Shown piece by piece: positions 56,497 to 64,000 of a DNA stretch of 64,000 nt; positions within the stretch are counted from its first letter, which is position 1, and each line of letters starts with the position of its first letter. The translations under genes were made by a program, and so were the position numbers. The notes beneath the pieces were generated by a model. That model had not been told where the DNA came from and made no database searches. It was given only the letters and a program-made list of their open reading frames with translations. The stretch comes from Podarcis muralis (Eukaryota), in assembly GCF_964188315.1 (NCBI RefSeq), contig NC_135666.1:20150001-20214000 (forward strand). The letters run 5' to 3'.

Positions 56497-57295
56497 ATAA
56501 AGCAGCTTCCGGTTCATGGAAGGCTGGCAAACTAGTTCAGAAAATAAACCCAGTGATTTCTGACTTTTCCAGAAACAGCCTGGGTTATTTCAACTCGAGG
56601 CAAATGGGGGAAAGCTCATCCATCTCTAGCCTGAGTTCCACTGCTGTGGTGCTAATGCCTTTTTCTAAAAGGTTCAACAAGAATCTAAAACATTTCTCTG
56701 CTTGTGAAATTTAATAAAGAAGGCAATTATATTGTTTGCCATCAGTAGTTGGCCCATTTATGGCCGAACTCAGCAGAAATATATCCAGCTCCCAGTGAGA
56801 GCCAAGCACCTTGCAAAGCACATAGGAGCCTTTTTTTACTTTAAAAGCTGAGTGTAGCTTTATGGAAATTTCTAATTAGGAAAGAGCCATTTATTGGACA
56901 CATGCTGAAAAATATACTTACTTTTTTTTTTCTTTGAAGGGCTGAAGTGCATGATAAGTTCCCGACCCTGTCCTATACATTTTGTATTTTATCTATAACT
57001 CTTGACAAAGGCATATTTCTGTTGTTTTGCTTGAGTGTGTAAATGAACACATTGGGATCAGTTTACCTGTGGGATCACCTTAACCTACTCAACCACTTTG
57101 GTCTGTGAAACCGGTGCTTTTATAGGCGACAGATAATATTCATTCCACACTTCGGGGGGGGGGGACTGATCTTTTTAGTGTGACAGCACCTAAACTATGG
57201 AACTCCCTGCCTATTGACACCAAGCAGGTGGCCTAACTTTACTCCTTTCACTTGCTTTGAAACATTTGTGTTAAGACAATCTCTCTGGACAAATA

Positions 57296-57885
57296 CCGTA
57301 TTTTTCGCTCCATAGGATGGACTTTTTCCCCTCCCAAAATTAAGGGGAAATGTGTGTGCGTCCTATAGAGCGAATGCAAGCTGCACGGCTAAGCCCAAAG
57401 CCAGAACAGGGAGACGGAGCGCTGCCCCTCTTGCCACCTTCGCGCTGCTCCCCAACCTGGTCTTTGAGGCTGGCGGTGGGAGAAAGCAGCGTTTCCCCCC
57501 ACCGCCAGCCCCACAACCTCGGGGGGCTACGGGTCTTTGAGGCTGGCTTCCCCACCACCACCAGCCCCAAAGAGCAGGTCAAAAGGAACCTGAAGCCTCC
57601 GGAGCCCAGAGGGAACTACCACCGCGCTCCAGAGGCTTCAGGTTGCCTTCACTGAAGCCTGGAGAGCGAGAGGGGTCAGTGCGCACCGACCCCTCTCGCT
57701 CTCCAGGCTTCCAAGGTAGCCTTCTGAAGCCTCCCGCTGCGCTCCGGAGGCTTTGGGTAAATGCACCTTGAACGCACCTTGTTTTAGAGGGGGAGAACAA
57801 GAAATTCCCCCCCCCCCCTGTTCTCTCCCTCCTATGTTCCGGTGCGTCCTATGGTCTGGTGCGTCCTATAGAGCGAAAAATACGG
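57296..57885. mobile_element. pogo-type MITE (590 bp), GC-rich interior
   Basis: TA|CCGTATTTTTCGCTCCATAGGA ... TCCTATAGAGCGAAAAATACGG|TA: TIRs of about 27 bp. Confidence 0.9.
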
Positions 57886-58933
57886 TAGATGTTGATGCGT
57901 TTTAATCTCTTTTTAGTTCGCTGTTATTTTTATTACCTTTTAAATGCTTCTAATTACTTGTTTTTAGTGATAATTTTAATATTTCTTATGAGCCATTTAG
58001 AAGTTTTAATGCAATATGGATAAATGTTGCAAGTCTATTTTGCCGAGGCTATTCTAGAATAGCACCAAGAGCACGTTTTTCAACAATGTGACGTCTGACA
58101 ACTTCTTCTCCTAGTCAACTTTTTCTTGGCACTTTTCAGGGACAACAGCTGCTGCCTCAGTCCTCCTACCTCCTGCAAAGGGATCTGTGGCTGTAATTTC
58201 AAAAGCTTCGAAATGTGGAGGTTGGATGGCACCGTCATGACCTTTACCTTCAAAGCAGAAGACTATCCATTCTGTTTATTTTTCCTGATCCCAGAGATTT
58301 CCCTGTTCCATATGCTTATCCCTTAATAGGCCATTCATGTATAGAACTGGTCCTTGCCGCATTTGTTCTTGGCCTTGATATTTTCGGCATTTGCCTTTTC
58401 TAATCCCTCACAAATCTTCTATCCTCTAATCAGTAGGCAAATGGGCATCAACAAAGTTGTACAGTAAATACATCCTTAGGCAATCATAAGCCGTTGGTTA
58501 TGTAGGATGCAAAAAGAAGACGTTGGCTTGTTTCCCCCCCCCCCTTTCCCCTGTTTTTCCTTTAATGTCTACAAATTCCTTTGAAAAGTCCTGGGCCTGC
58601 AGGAATCACAGCAGATTGCACTGTTCCAAAGCAGCCTTGATAATCAGAAGTCTTTCCAATTCTTAGAGCAGTTTAGAGTTGTTGGAAGAATTAGCAAAAT
58701 GTGAAAGAATCTCCGGCCTTAGAATATGTTGAATAAATACCTGCCAGGACTGTTTGAACTATAGTAGACCTGCACAGTTTTTGATCTGCAAAGCCTACTG
58801 AAGGATACGGTAAGTTGATACCTTCCTCATTCGCCTGTATCTTTTCTCAAAAAGTGGGGGAAAGCCCAGGGCTCAGTGGTTATGCTTTGCTTGTCCCCAA
58901 GTTCAGTCTTTGGCAGCTATTAATGAAGTGGAT

Positions 58934-59092
58934 GGGATGCGGGTGGCGCTGTGGGTTAAACCACAGAGCCTAGGACTTGCCAATCAGAAGGTCGGCGGTT
59001 CAAATCCCTGCGATGGGGTGAGCTCCCGTTGCTCAGTCCCAGCTCCTGCCAACATAGCAATTCGAAAGCACGTCAAAGTGCAAGTAGATAAA
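58934..59092 (+). mobile_element. Sauria SINE, 5' half only
   Basis: Intact head GGGATGCGGGTGGCGCTG, stops at GCAAGTAGATAAA; lies inside a degenerate tRNA-SINE. Confidence 0.9.
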
Positions 59093-59867
59093 GTGAGGAA
59101 AGTCTTCTGGGCTGAGACCCTGGAGAGCCACAGTCATACCTGCCCCAGAAAAAACAGGACATCCCATTTTGGTTGCTGTGCTCTCACCCCCAAAAGTACT
59201 TTTTTGGGAGAGTGAGGCGTGGGTCACATGACTCACCCAGGAGTACATCCCAGAAGAAGTGCGTCACAGTTTTGGGTTTCCAAAAGCTGGACAGCATGCA
59301 CTGCCAGCCTGTGTAGACCAGCATAGGTGAGATAGGCTGGAATCAAGACCCTGACTGCACAGGACCATAGGCAGGGAGCTATTACCCATGAGATTTCAAG
59401 CAGTTACCATGTGTTTCATAGTCATGTGCTTGGCCCCAACCCTGAATGCGATGGAGACACTTCATACCTTTGCAGACCAGTGACTCCATAGCAATACCAA
59501 GAGCACACATGCAAGCTTGGAGCAAAAAGGCTTATTTGTTGAAGGCAAAACCTAGATCCATTGAATTCAATGGAAACTTTGCTGTTAATCTTAATAAGAT
59601 ATAGATTGCATTTGAAGCTGTTTTTATAGTTGTATTTTCCAACTTATATAGCTTATAGCATCTGCTCAATACTGGTTCATTTAAAGTGTTTTTAAGAGCT
59701 GTGTCCAGTGTTAATCATGCTCAGAACAGACCCATTGGAATTAATGGGCATGATTAACCAGCTGGAAGCTTGAGTTCTTCTGGGGCTGTCCTTACAATAC
59801 TGCAAATAAATACCTAAGCCAGCACAAAATGCCTGTCAGGCACAGACTTATATGATACCTGGTGGTA

Positions 59868-60092
59868 AGAGTCAGCATGGCGCAGTGGTTAGAGTGTTGG
59901 ACTAGGACCTTGGAGACCAGAGTTCAAATCCCCACTCAGCCATGAAGTTCGCCTTGGACCAGTCACCCATCTATCAGTCTAACCTACCTTACAGGGTTGT
60001 TGTGAGAGTAAAACAGAGAGCGGGGCAAACCATGTATGTCACATTGAGCTCCTTGGAGGAAAGGTGGGATAGAAATGTAATAATAAAAAAAA
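59868..60092 (+). mobile_element. MIR/Ther1-derived squamate SINE (Squam3-like), full length
   Basis: A box GGCGCAGTGG, B box AGTTCAAATCC, CORE-like CTAACCTACCTTACAGGGTTGTTGTGAG, A-rich tail. Confidence 0.8.
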
Positions 60093-60389
60093 TATGTCCA
60101 TTAATTTCAGTGGGTCTACCCTGAGTAGAACTTAGCTAGATACAAGCCATAGTCTGTACTTATACTTTGGTTATTAGTCATGTAACTTATTGTCATTATT
60201 AATCATTATTATCAGGACTAATTGTGGGCCTAATAAGGGGTAATTATCCCCAACTTTAAAGAGTGAAGAGTCAAAGTTAACTTAACTAGGAGAATATAAA
60301 ACTAAATAATGAGACAAAATCTTTTACTACAAGAATTCAAAGCAAAGGATTTTATTCTTTTTTTTAATGTCTACCTAGTTATAGTTCAA

Positions 60390-60730
60390 GGGACGCGGGT
60401 GGCGCTGTGGTCTAAACCACTGAGCTTTGGGCTCGCCGATCAGAAGGTTGGCGGTTCGCGACAGAGTGAGCTCCTGTTGCTCAGTCCCAGCTCCTGCCAA
60501 CCTAGCAGTTCGAAAGCACATCAAAGTGCAAGTAGATAAATAGATACCGCTTCAATGGTAAGGTAAACGGCGTTTCTGTGTGCTGCTCTGGTTTGCCAGA
60601 AGCGGCTTAGTCATGCTGGCCACATGACTGAGAAGCTGTCTGCGGACAAACACCAGCTCCCTTGGCCAGTAAAGCGAGATGAGCGTCGCAACCCCAGAGT
60701 CGTCAGGGATACCTTTACCTTTACCTTTAT
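60390..60730 (+). mobile_element. full-length Sauria SINE
   Basis: GGGACGCGGGTGGCGCTG head, (TTTACC)n tail, TSD TTATAGTTC at 60379-60387 and 60731-60739. Confidence 0.95.
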
Positions 60731-62254
60731 TTATAGTTCTTTTTTGGGGGAGGGGGGAACCTCTGCTATTATCCTCTGCAAACAAGAAAAGTGGCAAAGT
60801 ATTAAGATTGCATTGCTATTAGTCAGCAGTTTTTAGAAGTTCTGGAGCTGTATGACATAAATATACATTTCCTCCTTACAGGTTTTCATTTTTGTCTGGA
60901 AATTGATGTGCCATCTTCAGAGTTCTACGATTTTACTTCTCCTTGTTATCCTCATTGTGAAATCATCCTGTCTGAATATGTAACTATTTTGGTTAGGAAA
61001 AAAGAACTCTGAAACAAAAATGTCATTTCTATACACTGACTTCAAAGAGGTGCATTAATTAAGAAGGTGGGAATGGTAAGATTTTAAAGGCTGATGGGAA
61101 GGTGACTGGGCAAGGAACACTCTCTCACACAGGATAGTGTGGAACAATGGTAAAATATTTCATTTCTGACCTTCCCCAAACCAGAGGTAGTTTCCTGTGT
61201 TGAGAAACATTTCTGCCTGATACCCCCAGAAAGCCACTCCCGGTCAGAGGAGACAGTACTGAGCTCAATGAAGCAGTGGTCTGACTTGGTAAATAGAGCA
61301 TTAAAATTAATACTACAAATAATAAGTATATAGAGCCCTACTCCGCCTTTTTCCAATTTGGACATAAATGAGTTTATACTCTTTGCAGTACTGATCCAGA
61401 GTTTTCAACTCAGCCTACCAATGGCTCTTATTTAGTGATCCAAATCAAAGTTGATAAAACCCTCACATATATTTCTTTTGAACAGCAGATTTTCTTCAAA
61501 GACAGTATTTTAAAGAGATAAGCAGCTACTACATTCCTTTGTTAAATCTCTTACTTCCATCCATTTTGTGTCCTTGGGATTCTCCAGATGAATACCTGGA
61601 TTAACCTGATGATTTTGTTATTTTTTTAAAAATAAAGCAGAATGCTTTGATTACAGATGTTCATGTTGTGGTTTAAAAGGAAATGATTCCTAAAAAAGGA
61701 AAGCATCGCATCAGTCCTTGGCTTGCTTTTGATTATGGCATATTTTTGTGACTTTATTCTAGAGTTCCCTTCTAGGTAATTTTATTGCCCTGTTTAAGCA
61801 ACTTCTGCCATTGTCAGGGCTGACCATATATATTGCACTTTCTATTGCCTACAATCACGAACAGTTTATAATTTACCATTATCCCCGAAGATGTTCTTGA
61901 AATGAGATGTCCTACTTGAGCTGCATTTTCCAAACAAATAAATTAGCAGGCCTGTGGTATTGTTTTCAGGGTTTACAGGCCATTTGCATGGAAAGCTTTG
62001 TTTCTGGAAGAACCGCTTAAAACTTAATATTCCTGCGAGCTACAGAAATATTGTTTTGGGGCTGATGCTTGGTGGAATGTATTTTGCATTATGGTAGGAA
62101 AGAAGCCTGAATAGGTTTCAGCCTCTAGCAAAATATTAATCACACCATTACGTAGAATGACTGCAGTGTAAAATTAATCCCATTCTTACTATAAGTGACA
62201 TTGTTTAAAAATCATAGGGAAGTCTTTTCTAGGAGAAGAGAAGGGAAAGTGTCA

Positions 62255-62803
62255 GGTAAAAAAGGTAAAGGTAAAGGACCCCTGACAGCAGTGGCGAAGC
62301 TGCATGCTCTGCTGCCGGGGGAGGAGAGCAGGTGGGGGCGTGAAGGGTCCCTGCGGGGGCCCGGCGCATGTGGGGGTGTACAGCACGTGTCTGGGGGGGA
62401 GGGCGCCACGATGGCACCCTACCAGAATAATGGTGCCAGGGACTGTCCGCTCCCTCCGCACTCCCGTTCCTGACAGATAACTCCAGTCGCGAACAACTCT
62501 GGGGTTGCAGCGCTCATCCCGCTTTACTGGCCAAGGGAGCCAACGTTTGTCCGCAGACAGTTTTTCCAGGTCATGTGGCCAACATTACCTCTGGCAAACC
62601 AGAGCAGCGCATGTAAATGCCGTTTACCTTCCCGCCGGAGCGGTACCTATTTATCTACTTGCACTTTGACGTGCTTTCAAACTGCTAGGTTGGCAGGAGC
62701 TGGGACCGAGCAATGGGAGCTCACCCCGTCACAGGGATTCGAACCGTCAACCTTCCGATTGGCAAGCCCAAGAGGCTCAGTAGTTTACACCACAGCACCA
62801 CCC
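62255..62803 (-). mobile_element. Sauria SINE with a nested insertion
   Basis: (GGTAAA)n tail at 62255-62277, body resumes at 62477, head ends CCACAGCACCACCC. Confidence 0.9.
62289..62468. mobile_element. 180-bp GC-rich hAT-like insertion in the Sauria SINE
   Basis: Starts CAGTGGCG. Flanked by the 8-bp direct repeat CCTGACAG (62281-62288 and 62469-62476). Right TIR not clear. Confidence 0.65.
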
Positions 62804-63419
62804 AAATAATTTGCAGAAAAGGCAGAAGATCCAAAAGAATGAGGTCCTACCAATGGCATTCAATTTCTCTTTAATCCAAAATGACTCTGATTTTAACCCA
62901 TACTTTCAAATGGCTTTAACTTTTTTGGGGGGAGAGGACCTTTCACGTGAACTATAACCATGATGATGAGTCAACCAGGAACAATTCTGGGCCTTTTATG
63001 TATGTTGGTCTCAGTTCTGCATCTGAACTCTTCACTGAAATGTGAGCTTCATGGGAAAGCTCAAGTCAGCCATGAGGCTTTAAGTATTTCTATGCAAATT
63101 ACCTGAAAACCTTGGAAAGCATGGCCTGAAAAGCCAGCCTAGGAATATCCAAGGGGGAAATATGAAAAATGAAAGAACAAGCTAAAGAACCAAATGTTAC
63201 TGATTAACTTTAACTTACCAACTCTCATGATGGATGCTGAATGTGGATAGCCACCACAGTGATCATATAACCGTTGATCTGGCTATACATTGAGGAGAAC
63301 TGCACAATTATTTACTTCCTAGGATTTCTGACTGGATGTAGTTGTGGGGTAGAAATTCGACTGACAACATGGGAACCCTACAAATGACCGTTGGGTTGGG
63401 GGACATCTAATGAGGCGGA

Positions 63420-63660
63420 ATGTTGAAGGTTTTAGGACAGAAGAAAAGAAGTACTTTTTACACACACCATTTTGTTAAAATATGGAGTTTACTACTGTGA
63501 TATCTGGCAGTGGCCACCAACTCTGATGGCCTTAAGAGGGATTAGATGAATTTGTGGAGGATAAGGCTCTCAGCTGTTACCAGTTGCAATGACTAATGCC
63601 CAACTACCTGCTGTAGTAAATTGGAAACATATTATGATACAGCCATCAGAACATGAGAAT
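63420..63660 (+). mobile_element. CR1 3' fragment
   Basis: TTTTAGGACAGAAGAAAAGAAGTACTTTTTACACAC...GTGGCCACCAAC...GATTAGATGAATTTGTGGAGGATAAGGCT. Confidence 0.7.
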
Positions 63661-64000
63661 AAGCTGTAGCTTTGACCCAAATTACGTGTTACAGGGAAAC
63701 ACATAGATGCCAATGATCCACATTCTCCTCCATATCTCCCTGGTGATGTATCATTGAAAAAATGTCCCATGTGATGTCACTTTATTAGCATTTTCCTGGC
63801 AGGAAGTGAAGAAACATAAGTGTACATTATTCTCCCTAGCTTTTTACAATATCTGCTCTTGTTGTTGGTTTACTGCCAACCAATTCTGTTCCAGCGATTT
63901 ATTGTTTCACTTGTTTTCTGATTTCAACGTGTTTGTTGCTTTAAAAATCCCGCGAGCTGCCCCTGACAGCCCTTAACTGAAGGACAGGATGGAAAGAGTT

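Noticed and set aside
57340-57800. ORF cluster near 57.5 kb as a transposase
   Set aside because: It lies inside a 590-bp non-autonomous MITE and shows no DDE/D or HTH motifs.
5600-64000. Exons of the expected upstream neighbour ZNF438
   Set aside because: No ORF resembles ZNF438 or any C2H2 zinc finger. Short non-coding exons cannot be excluded by eye.

Overview
Vertebrate genomic DNA, most likely a lacertid lizard (Podarcis/Lacerta type), judged from the Sauria SINEs and squamate SINE/MITE families. The only protein-coding sequence I can firmly support is coding exon 1 of ZEB1 on the minus strand (4938-4881, MADGPRCKRRKQANPRRNN plus the first base of the next codon, then a GTCAGT donor), inside a CpG island (~3250-5620). 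Bases 1-4880 are the 5' part of ZEB1 intron 1. They contain two candidate alternative phase-1 mini-exons and a TATA box. Bases ~5.6-64 kb are the upstream gene desert, a mosaic of Sauria SINEs, tRNA/CR1 SINEs, MIR-like SINEs, CR1, L2, L1 and RTE-type LINE fragments, and Tc1/mariner(pogo/Tigger) and hAT-type MITEs, often nested, with two assembly gaps. I found no prokaryote-style system, CRISPR array, rRNA or genuine tRNA gene. The most interesting signals are: (1) a possible multi-promoter, alternative N-terminus module in ZEB1 intron 1; (2) two SINE families with different tRNA heads (Ile, Lys) on the same CR1 tail; (3) several palindromic AP-1/CRE and STAT/NF-kB motif clusters that could be ZEB1 enhancers. 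Repeat family names come from my recall of consensus sequences, not from database searches. Boundaries of old repeats are approximate.
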